Positions 9,569 to 21,458 of a stretch of DNA of 64,000 nt are shown here, piece after piece (the first letter of the stretch is position 1; every line of letters begins with the position of its first letter). Below the pieces are notes generated by a model. It was given only the letters and a program-made list of their open reading frames with translations. It did no database searches and had not been told where the DNA came from. The stretch is taken from the NCBI RefSeq assembly GCF_000006765.1, contig NC_002516.2; one strand, written 5' to 3'. A program made the translations under genes and the position numbers. This stretch comes from Pseudomonas aeruginosa PAO1 (GTDB lineage: Bacteria > Pseudomonadota > Gammaproteobacteria > Pseudomonadales > Pseudomonadaceae).

Positions 9569-11941
9569 GTGCCTCGCCCGTGTCAGCGGCGCTCTCGCCG
9601 CCACCGCTCGCTACTGATCGGCCTGGCGCTGCTCTCCCCTGTCCATGCGGCGGACTACCTGGCCGGACTGCCGCCGCCGCAACCCGCTCCGTCCGGCGGC
9701 GGCAACGTCCTCTACTACTTGGAACTGGTGATCAACGGCCGCGACAGCGGCCAGGTGGTGCCGGTCAACGCCGCCGATGGCCATTACCTGCTCGACGCCG
9801 CGGCCCTGCGCGAAGCCGGCGTGCGCCTGCCTGGCAACCCCGCCGGACAGGTCGCGGTGGACGCCCTGCCCGAGGTCCGGGCGGACTATGACAGCGCCAG
9901 CCAGCAACTGCACCTGCAAGTGCCGCCGGACTGGCTGCCGGAGCAGCGCTTCGACGATCCCGGACTGGTCGCCCGCGCCCCGGCGCGCAGCAGCCTCGGC
10001 GCGCTGTTCAACTACGACCTGTACTACTCGGACCCCGCCGACGGCGCCACGCCCTGGCTTTCCGCGCTGCTCGAGCAACGCCTGTTCGACGGCTTCGGGG
10101 TGATCTCCAACACCGGCGTCTACACCCGCTATTTCGGCGACGCCGACAACCTCGACAGCCGCTACCTGCGCTACGACACCTACTGGCTGTACAACGACGA
10201 ACGCAACATGCACAGCTACCAACTGGGCGACTACGTCAACGGCGCGCTGAACTGGACCACCCCGGTACGCATGGGCGGCTTTCGCTTCGCCCGCAACTTC
10301 GGCGTACGTCCGGACCTGGTCACCTATCCGCTGCTGCGCTTCGACGGCCAGGCCGCCGTACCCAGCACCGTCGACCTGTTCATCAACGGCTACAAGGCCA
10401 GCAGCGCCGACCTGCAACCCGGTCCCTTCGCCATCAGCAACGTGCCGTACATCAACGGAGCCGGCGAAGCCACGGTGGTGACCACCGACGCCCAGGGTCG
10501 ACAAGTGGTGACCAGCCTGCCGTTCTACGTATCCAACACCCTGCTGGCGCGCGGCCTGAGCGATTTCGACCTGTCCGTCGGGCGCCTGCGCGACGACTAC
10601 GGCCTGCGCAACTTCTCCTATGCCGACAACGCCGCCAGCGGCATCTACCGCTACGGCGTCAGCGACCGCCTGACCCTCTCCACCCACGCCGAGGCCGCCA
10701 GCGACCTGCGCCTGCTCGGCATCGGCGGCGACATCGCCGTGGCCACCTTCGGCACCCTCAGCCTGGCGGCCAGCGGCAGCGACGGCCAGGGCGACAGCGG
10801 CCAGCAATACCTGCTCGGCTACTCCTACTATTCGCGACGGCTCGGCCTCAGCCTGCAACACATCGAGCGCAGCGCCGGCTATGGCGACCTCGGCACCCTG
10901 GACGGCGAGTACCAGTTGAGCCGGCGCACCGACCAGGCTACCGCCAGCCTGACCTTCGACGAGCAGGGCACCATCGGTACCGGCTACTTCGACATCCGCG
11001 CCCGCGACGGCAGCCGCACGCGCCTGGCCAACCTCTCCTATAGCCGCCCGATCGGCAGCCGCAGCAGCTTCTACCTGGCGCTGAACAAGGATCTCGACGG
11101 CGACGGCTACAGCGCGCTGATGCAACTGGTGATTCCCTTCGACATCAACGGCCTGCTGAACATCGGCGTCACCCGCGACAGCGACCGGCGCTACAGCGAG
11201 CGGGTGATCTGGAGCCGCTCCACACCGAGCCAGGGCGGCCTCGGCTGGAACCTCGGCTATGGCGGCGGCGCCAGCCGCTACCAGCAGGCCGACTTGACCT
11301 GGCGCATGCAGAACGTGCAACTGCAGGGCGGCCTCTATGGCGAGACCGGCAACTACACGCGCTGGGCCGATCTCAGCGGCTCGCTGGTATGGATGGACAA
11401 CGCCGTGTTCGCCAGCAATCGGATCAACGACGCCTTCGTCCTGGTCAGCACCAAGGGTTATCCACAGGTGCCGATCCGCTACGAGAACCAACTGATGGGC
11501 AGCACCGACGACAACGGCCACCTGCTGGTGCCCTGGGTCGCGGCCTACTACCCGGCGAAGTTCCAGATCGAGCCGCTGGACCTTCCGGCCAACGTCAGCG
11601 CGCCCGAAGTCGAGCAGCGCGTGGCGGTACGCCAGGGCAGCGGCCTGCTGCTGGATTTCCCGATCCGTGCCGTAGTCGCCGCCAGCATCAGCCTGGTGGA
11701 CGAGCGCGGCGAACCGCTGCCGCTGGGCAGCCAGGCCGAAGAAACCGGCAGCGGCCAGCGCGCCAGCGTCGGCTGGGACGGCCAGGTCTATTTCGAAGGA
11801 TTGCAAAGCGACAACCAGCTACGCGTGGTCCGCCCCGACGGCCGGGCCTGCCAGGCACGCTTCCGCCTGGACACGCGCAAACCCACCGTCAGCCAGGTCG
11901 GCCCGCTGACCTGCTCGGCCCCGATCGGAGATACGCCATGA
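9569..11941 (+). CDS. cupE5: Outer-membrane usher CupE5
   Basis: 790 aa; YYLELVING, GALFNYDLY, PSTVDLFING, PGPFAI usher motifs. Confidence 0.93.
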   Translation: MPRPCQRRSRRHRSLLIGLALLSPVHAADYLAGLPPPQPAPSGGGNVLYYLELVINGRDSGQVVPVNAADGHYLLDAAALREAGVRLPGNPAGQVAVDALPEVRADYDSASQQLHLQVPPDWLPEQRFDDPGLVARAPARSSLGALFNYDLYYSDPADGATPWLSALLEQRLFDGFGVISNTGVYTRYFGDADNLDSRYLRYDTYWLYNDERNMHSYQLGDYVNGALNWTTPVRMGGFRFARNFGVRPDLVTYPLLRFDGQAAVPSTVDLFINGYKASSADLQPGPFAISNVPYINGAGEATVVTTDAQGRQVVTSLPFYVSNTLLARGLSDFDLSVGRLRDDYGLRNFSYADNAASGIYRYGVSDRLTLSTHAEAASDLRLLGIGGDIAVATFGTLSLAASGSDGQGDSGQQYLLGYSYYSRRLGLSLQHIERSAGYGDLGTLDGEYQLSRRTDQATASLTFDEQGTIGTGYFDIRARDGSRTRLANLSYSRPIGSRSSFYLALNKDLDGDGYSALMQLVIPFDINGLLNIGVTRDSDRRYSERVIWSRSTPSQGGLGWNLGYGGGASRYQQADLTWRMQNVQLQGGLYGETGNYTRWADLSGSLVWMDNAVFASNRINDAFVLVSTKGYPQVPIRYENQLMGSTDDNGHLLVPWVAAYYPAKFQIEPLDLPANVSAPEVEQRVAVRQGSGLLLDFPIRAVVAASISLVDERGEPLPLGSQAEETGSGQRASVGWDGQVYFEGLQSDNQLRVVRPDGRACQARFRLDTRKPTVSQVGPLTCSAPIGDTP

Positions 11942-12885
11942 GCCGCCACTCCACGTCCGCCTGCCTGCTCGGCTTCGCTACGCTCTGCGCCAGCCCGTTG
12001 CTGCTCGCCGCCTGCACCACCAGCTCCGGCACCGGCAATTTCGGCAGCCTGAGCTCGTTCACCGTGGCCAGCACCGCCCAGACCATCACCGGCACCACCG
12101 GCTTCAAGTGCACCGGCAGCCTGTTGTCGATCCTCAGCACCAACACCATCGACGCGACCATCGCCAGCACCGCCAATCCGCTGGGCACCACGCCGCGGCT
12201 GTACAACGCCGCCAGCGGCACCTACCTGCCCTACAGTATCTGCAAGGACAACGGCTGCGGCACCGTCTACAACGTCGGCTCGACGGTACGCTGGAGCAGC
12301 ACCACCTTCCTCGGCATCCTCGGCCTGTTCAACGCCACCGACGGCAGCCTGCCGCTGTACCTGCGCACCGCCACCGGGGTGACCCTGCCGGCCGGCACCT
12401 ATACCGATACCATCGGCCTGAACTGGGCCTGGCACCTGTGCGCGGCGGGCATCGGCCCAGTCTGCGTATACGACGACGGCACCGCCAGCAGCAGCGTCAA
12501 CGTTACCCTGACGGTGCTCAAGGACTGCTTCATCGACAGCGCTCCGGACCTCAGCTTCGGCAGCGCCGCGCTGGTCTCGGCCTTCACCGCGGTGAACCAG
12601 AACATTGGCGTGCGCTGCACCCTGAACGCCACCTATACCATCGGCTTCGACAACGGCAACAACTTCAGCGGCGGCTGGCGGCGAATGCTCAGCGGCGCCA
12701 ACGCGATCCAGTACAACCTCTACAAACCGGGAGACTCGACGGTCTGGACCACCAGCAACACCCAGGCAGGCACCGGTAGCGGCGCCGCGCAGAACGTGCC
12801 GTACCGGGCCATCGTCAACCCGGCCCAGGGCAACGTCCCCGCCGGTACCTACAGCGATACCGTGCGGGTGATCCTCACCTACTGA
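11938..12885 (+). CDS. cupE6: Two-domain tip adhesin CupE6
   Basis: ATGA overlap with the usher stop; two spore-coat-U-like domains, each ending GTY(T/S)DT. Confidence 0.9.
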   Translation: MSRHSTSACLLGFATLCASPLLLAACTTSSGTGNFGSLSSFTVASTAQTITGTTGFKCTGSLLSILSTNTIDATIASTANPLGTTPRLYNAASGTYLPYSICKDNGCGTVYNVGSTVRWSSTTFLGILGLFNATDGSLPLYLRTATGVTLPAGTYTDTIGLNWAWHLCAAGIGPVCVYDDGTASSSVNVTLTVLKDCFIDSAPDLSFGSAALVSAFTAVNQNIGVRCTLNATYTIGFDNGNNFSGGWRRMLSGANAIQYNLYKPGDSTVWTTSNTQAGTGSGAAQNVPYRAIVNPAQGNVPAGTYSDTVRVILTY

Positions 12886-12886
12886 G

Positions 12887-14260
12887 TCAGGCCGGCTGCC
12901 GGGACGCCTTCCAATCCTCGCCGCCCTCGCCTTCCCGTCGCAGGCTCCAGTCCTTCAGGTGCTCCAGGCTGGCGCGATAGGGCTTGAGGCCGATCCCCAG
13001 CAGGACCACCGCACCAAGCACCGCGGCCAGGGTCACCAGCAGCAGCGAGTAGCGCAGCGCCATGTCGTCGGCGAAGACGAAATCGGTGACCAGCGCCACC
13101 GCCGTCGGGCCCACGCCGAGACCGAACAGGGTGACCACGAACAGGTAGATCGCCGAGGCCTGGCCGCGCATCGAGTTGGGCATGATCTCCTGGATCGCCG
13201 CCGGGGCCACGCCGAACGGCATGCTCAGGAAGAACACCGTCGGCGCCATCAGCGCCGCCGCCCAATTGGCGTTGTCCAGCAGCGGATAGACCAGGGTGAA
13301 GGGAATCACCGCCCAGGCGGCGAGCAGCCCGACGCGCATGTTCGCGTCGCTGCGCCCGCGCTTCGCCCAGTAGTCGGCCAGGCGCCCGCCGAAGACGATG
13401 CCGAGACAGCCGAACACCGCGACGATGCTGCCGTAGACCACCCCGACATGACCGGCGTCCCAGCCGTGGGTGCGGACGAAGAAGGTCGGCACCCAGGCGC
13501 CGCTGCCGTAGCCGGCGAAGGACAGGCAGGCGAAACCGAAGTTGTGGCAGAGCACGGTCTTGCGGTTGGCCCGCAGGTAGGCGCCGACCTCGCCCAGCGG
13601 CACCGCCACGCCTGCGCCGACTCCGCGCCGGGCCGGCTCGCGGATAGCCAGCAGCAACAGGCAGAAGAGCACGCCGGCGGCGCCGAGGATGAGGAAGATC
13701 AGTTGCCACGGGCGCACCTCGCCGAACAGCGGCAGATGCACGTCGCCCTGGGCCGAGGCGAACTTGATCACCAGCCCGCCGAGCAGGAAGGCCAGCCCCG
13801 AGCCCAGGTAGATGCCCATCGAGTAGACGCTGATCGCCGTCGCCCGACGCTCGCGCGGGAAGCTGTCGGCGATCAGCGAATAGGCCGCTGGCGACAGCGC
13901 CGCCTCGCCGACCCCGACGCCGACCCGGAAGGTGAGGAATTGCCAATAGCTGCGCGCCAGACCGCAGGCCGCGGTCATCGCGCTCCACACCAGCACGCCG
14001 AACAGGATCAGGCCGCGCCGGCTGCGGTTGTCGGCCATGCGTCCGAGCGGGATACCGCAAAGGGTGTAGAACAGGGCGAAGGACAAGCCCATCAGCAGGC
14101 TCATTTCCGTATCGCTGATGGCCAGGTCGCGGCGGATCGGGCCGACCAGCAGGTTGAGGATCTGCCGGTCGATGAAGGACAGCACATAGGCGACCATGAG
14201 GATCGCCACCGTGGTCCAGGCCGCAAGGTTGGAGGGATAGCCGTTATTGTTGTTATGCAT
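12887..14260 (-). CDS. MFS transporter (spinster-like)
   Basis: About 12 hydrophobic segments; SFIDRQIL, GRMADNRSRR, GVGEAALSPAA. Confidence 0.88.
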   Translation of the reverse strand: MHNNNNGYPSNLAAWTTVAILMVAYVLSFIDRQILNLLVGPIRRDLAISDTEMSLLMGLSFALFYTLCGIPLGRMADNRSRRGLILFGVLVWSAMTAACGLARSYWQFLTFRVGVGVGEAALSPAAYSLIADSFPRERRATAISVYSMGIYLGSGLAFLLGGLVIKFASAQGDVHLPLFGEVRPWQLIFLILGAAGVLFCLLLLAIREPARRGVGAGVAVPLGEVGAYLRANRKTVLCHNFGFACLSFAGYGSGAWVPTFFVRTHGWDAGHVGVVYGSIVAVFGCLGIVFGGRLADYWAKRGRSDANMRVGLLAAWAVIPFTLVYPLLDNANWAAALMAPTVFFLSMPFGVAPAAIQEIMPNSMRGQASAIYLFVVTLFGLGVGPTAVALVTDFVFADDMALRYSLLLVTLAAVLGAVVLLGIGLKPYRASLEHLKDWSLRREGEGGEDWKASRQPA

Positions 14261-14539
14261 GCCGAACTCCTGGACGCCGCCGAAGCGGCGGATGCGAAGG
14301 GAGGGTCGACAGGCAGGATAAGCCGGCAACATCCGGGCTTATACCCAGGGCAAGGGACTATAGAACTGCTGAATGCGGGAAGCGGGTTCCGGCGAATGAC
14401 CGCCAGGTCATTCGCCGCCGCATGCGCTCAGAGCCTGTCCAGCATCTCGCGAGCTGGGCGGGGAAGCGGAGCTGACGAGCGGCAAATGAGCACTTCAAAG
14501 CCGTCATACCGCGCCGCGCAGCGGATCATGAACAGGCTC

Positions 14540-15562
14540 TCAGAGCGGCCTGGCCAAGCGCCCGCTCATCTCGGCCAGGGCGCCGACCCAGGCGGGGTGG
14601 TCGTTGAGGCAGGGAATCAGCACCAGGTCCTCGCCGCCGGCACTGATGAACTGCTCGCGGCCGCGCATGCCGATTTCCTCCAGGGTCTCGATGCAGTCGG
14701 CAACGAACGCCGGACACATCACCAGCAGGCGCTTCACCCCGCGCTGCACCAGTTCGTCGAGCTTGGCGTCGGTATAGGGCTCGATCCACTTGGCGCGCCC
14801 CAGGCGCGACTGGAACGACACCGACCAGCGCCCCTGCTCCAGGCCGGCGCGCTCGGCGAAGGCCTCGGCGGTGCGCAGGCACTGGCTGCGGTAGCAGAGG
14901 GCGAGGGCTTCGGGGCTGACGTTGCGGCTGTTCTCGGCCAGCAGGTCGTGGGCAGGATCCTTCACCAGCTTGCGGATGTGCCGCTCGGGCAAGCCATGGA
15001 AGCTCAGCAACAGATGGTCGTGGGGCTGCTGCAGGTACGGACGCACGCTTTCCACCAGGGCATCGAGGTAGACCGGCTGGTCGTAGAACGGCGGCAGCGT
15101 GCTGACCTCCAGGCCCAGGCGATGGGCGGCGATCACCCGGCGCACCTCCTGTTCGGCGGTGGTCGTGGTGCTGTCGGCGAACTGCGGATACAGCGGCGCC
15201 AGGGTCACCCGCCGGATACCGCGGCGCGCCAGGTCGAGCAGGACCTTCTCGATGGCCGGCTGGCCGTAGCGCATCGCCAGTTCCACCGGCCCATGCGGCC
15301 AGTGCGGCTTCATCGCCTCCTGCAGGCGACGACTGAGGACGATCAGTGGCGACCCTTCGTCCCACCAGATCGAGCTGTAGGCGTGCGCCGATTCGGCCGG
15401 ACGCTTGATCAGGATCAGCGACACCAGCAGGCGCCGCAGCGGCCAGGGCAGGTCGACCACGTAGGGATCCATGAGGAACTGGTCGAGATAGCGGCGGACA
15501 TCCTCCACCCGGGTCGAATCCGGGGAGCCCAGGTTGAGCAACAGCAGGGCATTCTCGGTCAT
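14540..15562 (-). CDS. hemH: Ferrochelatase
   Basis: [45 protein letters not shown]; ATGA-coupled to the upstream gene. Confidence 0.96.
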   Translation of the reverse strand: MTENALLLLNLGSPDSTRVEDVRRYLDQFLMDPYVVDLPWPLRRLLVSLILIKRPAESAHAYSSIWWDEGSPLIVLSRRLQEAMKPHWPHGPVELAMRYGQPAIEKVLLDLARRGIRRVTLAPLYPQFADSTTTTAEQEVRRVIAAHRLGLEVSTLPPFYDQPVYLDALVESVRPYLQQPHDHLLLSFHGLPERHIRKLVKDPAHDLLAENSRNVSPEALALCYRSQCLRTAEAFAERAGLEQGRWSVSFQSRLGRAKWIEPYTDAKLDELVQRGVKRLLVMCPAFVADCIETLEEIGMRGREQFISAGGEDLVLIPCLNDHPAWVGALAEMSGRLARPL

Positions 15563-16476
15563 GCCTGATCCTTTCGTCGGGCGTCCAGGACATCGGCCAG
15601 CGCCACGTCCAGGTCGGTGAATTGAAAACGGTAGCCGGCGTCCTGCAAGCGTTGCGGCAAGGCTCGCTGGCCGCCGAGCAGCAATCCGGACATTTCTCCC
15701 AGCCCGAGGCGCAGGACGAACCCGGGGGTCGGTATCCGCGCCGGCTTGTGCAGCGCCCGGCCCAGGGCCTTGGCGAAATCGCGGTTGCGCACCGGGTTGG
15801 GAGCGCACGCATTATAGGGACCGCTGGCATCGGGCCGCCGCAAAAGAAAATCGATCAGCTCGATTTGATCCTCGATATGAATCCACGGCATCCATTGCCG
15901 GCCGTCACCCAGCGGTCCGCCCAGGCCGAGCCGGTAGAGCGGCAACAGGCGCCCGAGGAAGCCGCCCTCGGGGGCCAGCACCAGGCCGGTGCGCAACAGC
16001 ACGACACGGGTGCCGAGCTTCTCCGCCTCGCGGGCGATCTGCTCCCAGGCTAGGCATAGCTCGCTAGCGAAATCCTCGCCGGCCGCCGCCCCCTCCTCGG
16101 TCACCGGGCGCTCGCCGCTGTCGCCATACCAACCCACCGCAGAACCCGATAACAGAAGGTCCGGGCGCTGCTCACGAGCGTCCAGCCATTCCACCAGGCG
16201 CTCGGTAAGGCGTACCCGGCTTTCCCACAGCAGCGCCTTGCGCTTGTGGCTCCAGGGTTTGTCCGCGATCGGCTCGCCGGCCAGGTTGACCACCGCGTCG
16301 AGCGGCTGGTCGCCGTACTCGTCGAAACGATCGATGCCGCGCACGCCGACGCCGCACAGCGATTCCACCTGCTGCGGCCGCCGGCTGAACACGGTCAGCC
16401 GGTGTCCGGCCTGTCGCCAGCGGGCGCACAGGCGGCGACCCATCAGGCCGGTACCGCCGGTCAAGAGAATGTGCAT
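15559..16476 (-). CDS. TIGR01777-family NAD-dependent epimerase-like oxidoreductase
   Basis: [34 protein letters not shown]. Confidence 0.88.
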   Translation of the reverse strand: MHILLTGGTGLMGRRLCARWRQAGHRLTVFSRRPQQVESLCGVGVRGIDRFDEYGDQPLDAVVNLAGEPIADKPWSHKRKALLWESRVRLTERLVEWLDAREQRPDLLLSGSAVGWYGDSGERPVTEEGAAAGEDFASELCLAWEQIAREAEKLGTRVVLLRTGLVLAPEGGFLGRLLPLYRLGLGGPLGDGRQWMPWIHIEDQIELIDFLLRRPDASGPYNACAPNPVRNRDFAKALGRALHKPARIPTPGFVLRLGLGEMSGLLLGGQRALPQRLQDAGYRFQFTDLDVALADVLDARRKDQA

Positions 16477-16816
16477 GGCTGTCTCCTCGTTTTGCCTGCG
16501 TGCCCTTTCAGTCTGGACCCTGGACATCGATCTGCCCGATGACCGTGCATCCTCCCCCCATTCCGGCGTTATCCTGTGAATGGAAGATCCGTCGGCTCCG
16601 GCCGGGGAACCCTGGCGTCGTTTTCGACTCAGCCAAGGAACAGGGCTTGCATCGCACTGGTGCCTTAGTGAACGGCGCCAGCCGTCTATTCTTCAGATAA
16701 CTCGGTTGATACTTCCGAACGGAACGTCTGAAGGTTCGACAGGCCAGGAAGCGAGCCGTGCGCCGCAGGCGCGCCATCGGCGCGATGCAAGGTGCGCCTC
16801 GAAGCACGCGCAATAC

Positions 16817-16840
16817 TGTACATTAAATCAAGCTTGTACA
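16817..16840. promoter_or_regulatory. TGTACA-N12-TGTACA candidate operator 1
   Basis: TGTACA at 16817-16822 and 16835-16840, about 50 nt upstream of the renalase-like gene. Confidence 0.65.
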
Positions 16841-16850
16841 AGAAACCTGA

Positions 16851-17873
<1,023 letters not shown>

Positions 17874-17919
17874 GGGGATCGGGCCGTCGCCTGGCGGCCC
17901 GATGTGACAAGAAAATATC

Positions 17920-17959
17920 TATACAAATACATTGACCTGTACAAGATAAGTTCTAGGAT
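17920..17959 (+). promoter_or_regulatory. TATACA-N12-TGTACA candidate operator 2 overlapping a sigma70-like promoter
   Basis: TATACA 17920-17925, TGTACA 17938-17943; TTGACC 17932-17937 and TAGGAT 17954-17959 (16 nt spacer). Confidence 0.65.
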
Positions 17960-18025
17960 GTGTCGTATGACCGCCTGGCTGTCGAGCTGCGCGCGAACCT
18001 CCTTTCCCCTCGGGAGACGACACCG

Positions 18026-18982
18026 ATGCACGAATCTCACCCTTCCCTGACGCCCCGACTCGGCATCAGCGCCTGCCTGCTCGGCGAACCGGTGCGCTTC
18101 AACGGCGGCCACAAGCGATCCGCGCTTTGCGAGGAACTGGCGCGACACGTCGAGTTCGTCTCCTTCTGCCCGGAACAGGCCATCGGCCTGGGCACGCCGC
18201 GCCCGGCGATTCGCCTGGAAGGCACTCCGGAAGCCGCCGAGGCGCGGAGCCGCGACGGCCTGGCGGTCGGCGGAGCGCTCGCCGAATATGCGCGGCGGGT
18301 GGCGCAACGGGCGGATACGCTGGACGGTTTCATCTTCATGCAACGCTCGCCGTCCTGCGGGCTGCAACGGGTCAAGGTCTATCCAGAAGGCGGCGGCGCG
18401 CCGCGCGCCGAAGGCCGTGGACGCTTCGCCGCAGCCCTTTGCGAAGCCTTGCCGGAGCTACCGGTGGAAGAAGAAGGCCGGCTGCACGATCCGGTCCTGC
18501 GGGAGAACTTCCTCACCCGCGTGTATGCCCATGCCCACTGGCAGGCCCTGCGCCAGCGCGGCCTCAGCCATTCGGCCATCGTCGCCTTCCATAGCCGCTA
18601 CAAGTACCAGTTGCTGGCCCATTCGCCGGAGCACTACCGCAGCCTCGGCCGCCTGCTCGGCGAAGCCGGCCACTACCAGCCGGAAGCCCTCGGCACTCGC
18701 TACTTCGGCGAGCTGATGCAGGGCTTGCGCCGCTGCGCGACCCGCGGCAGCCATGGCAACGTGTTGCTGCACCTGAGCGGCTACCTGAAACGCGACCTCG
18801 CAACCGAAGACAGGCGTGAATTGCGCGAGCTGATCGAGCAATACCGGCATGGCAGCGTGCCGCTGGTGGTACCGCTGACCCTGCTAAAGCACCACTTCCG
18901 TCGCCACCCGCATGCATACATCGCCCAGCAGGCCTACCTGCAACCGCACCCGACCGAACTCGGCCTGCGCAACGCGCTCTAG
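18026..18982 (+). CDS. DUF523/DUF1722 (YbgA-like) protein
   Basis: GISACLLGEPVRFNGG, FCPE, RSPSCG, EEEGRL, FHSRYKYQL; GGAG RBS before ATG 18026. Confidence 0.88.
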   Translation: MHESHPSLTPRLGISACLLGEPVRFNGGHKRSALCEELARHVEFVSFCPEQAIGLGTPRPAIRLEGTPEAAEARSRDGLAVGGALAEYARRVAQRADTLDGFIFMQRSPSCGLQRVKVYPEGGGAPRAEGRGRFAAALCEALPELPVEEEGRLHDPVLRENFLTRVYAHAHWQALRQRGLSHSAIVAFHSRYKYQLLAHSPEHYRSLGRLLGEAGHYQPEALGTRYFGELMQGLRRCATRGSHGNVLLHLSGYLKRDLATEDRRELRELIEQYRHGSVPLVVPLTLLKHHFRRHPHAYIAQQAYLQPHPTELGLRNAL

Positions 18983-18991
18983 GATTTTCCG

Positions 18992-19891
18992 ATGAACTCG
19001 CCCCACCTCGAACGCGGCGGCCTGCCGATCCGCGAAGTCACTCGTCTGACCGGCGTCCATCCGGTCACCCTGCGCGCCTGGGAGCGCCGCTATGGCCTGG
19101 TGGTGCCGCAACGCACCGGCAAGGGGCACCGGCTCTACAGCGAAGAGCAGGTCGAGCGCATCCGCCGGATACTCGTCTGGCTCGAGCGTGGCGTCGCCAT
19201 CAGCCAGGTGCGCGCGCTGCTGGAGCGTCCGGAGGAAACCCCGGCGGCGGATGTCGAATCCCCCTGGGAACGCCTGCACGAACAGCTGCTGGACGCCATC
19301 GCCGCGCTGGCCGAGCGACGCCTCGACGATCTGTTCAACCAGGCCGCGTCGCTCTATCCGGTAGCGACCCTCTGCGAAAAGCTTCTGCAACCCTTGCTGC
19401 AGCACCTCGAACGACGCTGGCAGGGACAGTTCGGCGCGCGCATGGAGCGGGCCTTCTTCTTCTCCTGGTTGCGCAGCAAGCTGGGCGCCCGCCTTTATCA
19501 CCAGCAACGGCTGCAACAGGGCGCGCCGCTGCTGCTGGTCAACCAGTCCGAGCTGTCGCTGGAACCGAACCTCTGGCTGTGCAGCTGGTTGCTCGGCAGC
19601 GGCGAGGTGCCGCTGCAGGTCTTCGACTGGCCGCTGCCACCGGCCGAACTGGCCCTGGCCTGCGAACGCCTGGAAGCTCGCGGCGTGTTGCTGTACGCCA
19701 GTCATCGCCTCAATCCGGAGCACCTGCCGCGCCTGCTGGCAGGGGTGAGCTGCCCGGTGGTGCTGGTCGGACCGGCCGTGGAGATCCAGCGCGAAGCCTT
19801 CGAAACCTTGGCGCTAACTGGCCTGCTGCTGGCGAGCACGCCCCTGGAAGCCCGCCGCCTGCTCGGCGAACGAGGCCTGTTGAACCCATGA
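18992..19891 (+). CDS. MerR-family regulator, LitR/CarH-like
   Basis: IREVTRLTGVHPVTLRAWERRYGLVVPQRTGKGHRLYS helix-turn-helix; degenerate B12-binding-like C-terminal region; directly upstream of photolyase. Confidence 0.85.
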   Translation: MNSPHLERGGLPIREVTRLTGVHPVTLRAWERRYGLVVPQRTGKGHRLYSEEQVERIRRILVWLERGVAISQVRALLERPEETPAADVESPWERLHEQLLDAIAALAERRLDDLFNQAASLYPVATLCEKLLQPLLQHLERRWQGQFGARMERAFFFSWLRSKLGARLYHQQRLQQGAPLLLVNQSELSLEPNLWLCSWLLGSGEVPLQVFDWPLPPAELALACERLEARGVLLYASHRLNPEHLPRLLAGVSCPVVLVGPAVEIQREAFETLALTGLLLASTPLEARRLLGERGLLNP

Positions 19892-21333
19892 ACGGACTTC
19901 CGATGAACCTGATCTGGTTTCGCTGCGACCTGCGAACCACCGATAACAGCGCGCTCCTCGCCGCCGCCGATGGGCGCCCTTGCCTGGCTCTCTACCTGCT
20001 CAGCCCGGCGCAGTGGCGGGAACACGACGATGCGCCCTGCAAGGTCGACTTCTGGCTGCGCAACCTGGGCGAGCTGCAACGCCAGCTCGCCGCGCTGAAC
20101 ATCCCGCTGCTGGTGCGCGACTGCGGCCACTGGCGGCAAGCCCCGGAAGTCATCGGCCGGCTCTGTCGGGAGCTGGGAGTCGGCGCGGTACACGTCAACC
20201 AGGAATACGGGGTGAACGAGGAACGCCGCGACCAGGCCGTCGGCCAACGCCTGCGTGAACAGGGCGTGGCCTTCCACAGCCACCTCGACCAGCTGTTCTT
20301 CGCCCCCGGCTCGGTGCTGACCCGAACTGGCGGCTATTTCCAGGTGTTCAGCCAGTTCCGCAAGGTCTGCCACGAACGGCTGTACCAGGCCCTGCCGGGT
20401 GTCCGCCCGCGTCCGCAGCCCCAACCACCGCACGCGCTGGCCAGCGACCCGCTGCCGGATGCCGTGCCCGCCTTCCCGCGGCCGGCCGATAGCTTGCGCC
20501 GCCTCTGGCCGGCAGGCGAAGAGGTAGCGCAGGAACGCCTGCGCGACTTCGCCGACCAGCACCTGGCCGACTACCATGAACGGCGCGACTTCCCGGCGCT
20601 TCCCGGCACCAGCCAACTGTCGCCCTACCTGGCCGCCGGCGTACTCTCGCCCAGGCAATGCCTGGACGCCGCGCTGGTTGCCAACCGCGGCGAGTTCAGC
20701 GGCGGCCAGCAAGGCGCCGCGACCTGGATCAACGAGCTGCTCTGGCGCGAGTTCTACAAGCACATCCTGGTCGGCTACCCCCGGGTCTCCCGGCACCGCC
20801 CCTTCCGCGAGGAGACCGAAGCCCTGCGCTGGCGCCAGGCCCCGGCGGAACTCGAAGCCTGGCAACAGGGGCGCACCGGCATACCGATCATCGACGCGGC
20901 AATGCGCCAGTTGCTCGCCACCGGCTGGATGCACAATCGCCTGCGGATGGTGGTAGCGATGTTCCTCAGCAAGAACCTGCTGATCGACTGGCGCGAAGGC
21001 GAACGCTGGTTCATGCGCCACCTCATCGACGGTGACCTGGCGGCGAACAACGGCGGCTGGCAGTGGAGCGCATCCACCGGCACCGACGCGGTCCCCTACT
21101 TCCGCCTGTTCAATCCGCTCTCGCAGTCCGAACGCTTCGATCCACGCGGCGAGTTCATCCGCCACTGGCTGCCGGAACTGGCCGGCCTGGAGCGCAAGGC
21201 GATCCACGATCCGTCCAGCCTGGGGCTGTTCGCCGGGGTCGACTATCCACGGCCGATGGTCGACCTGAAGGCCAGCCGCGAACGGGCGCTGGCGGCTTTC
21301 CGCAACCTGCCGCCGCGCGATGGTCGCGCGTAG
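19888..21333 (+). CDS. phr: Deoxyribodipyrimidine photolyase
   Basis: WFRCDLRTTDN, TSQLSPYL, ELLWREFY, GWMHNRLRM, NNGGWQWSAS, FRLFNP. Confidence 0.96.
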   Translation: MNGLPMNLIWFRCDLRTTDNSALLAAADGRPCLALYLLSPAQWREHDDAPCKVDFWLRNLGELQRQLAALNIPLLVRDCGHWRQAPEVIGRLCRELGVGAVHVNQEYGVNEERRDQAVGQRLREQGVAFHSHLDQLFFAPGSVLTRTGGYFQVFSQFRKVCHERLYQALPGVRPRPQPQPPHALASDPLPDAVPAFPRPADSLRRLWPAGEEVAQERLRDFADQHLADYHERRDFPALPGTSQLSPYLAAGVLSPRQCLDAALVANRGEFSGGQQGAATWINELLWREFYKHILVGYPRVSRHRPFREETEALRWRQAPAELEAWQQGRTGIPIIDAAMRQLLATGWMHNRLRMVVAMFLSKNLLIDWREGERWFMRHLIDGDLAANNGGWQWSASTGTDAVPYFRLFNPLSQSERFDPRGEFIRHWLPELAGLERKAIHDPSSLGLFAGVDYPRPMVDLKASRERALAAFRNLPPRDGRA

Positions 21334-21418
21334 GGCGCGTCAGCGAGCTATCGCCTCCCGCCAAATGGCTCGCTCTTTCCATAGGGCGGCGCGGCGTGGC
21401 GGAAGAATCGCAGCCATG

Positions 21419-21445
21419 AAAAAGCCGGGATGAACCCGGCTTTTT
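21419..21445. terminator. Bidirectional terminator between phr and pagL
   Basis: AAAAAGCCGGG-ATGAA-CCCGGCTTTTT. Confidence 0.8.
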
Positions 21446-21458
21446 TCGCCCGTGCCGA

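Noticed and set aside
9611-11806. 731 aa minus-strand ORF
   Set aside because: Antisense shadow of the cupE5 usher, produced by GC3 codon bias; no motifs
12959-15568. 869 aa plus-strand ORF
   Set aside because: Mirror frame spanning the MFS gene and hemH; no domain signature
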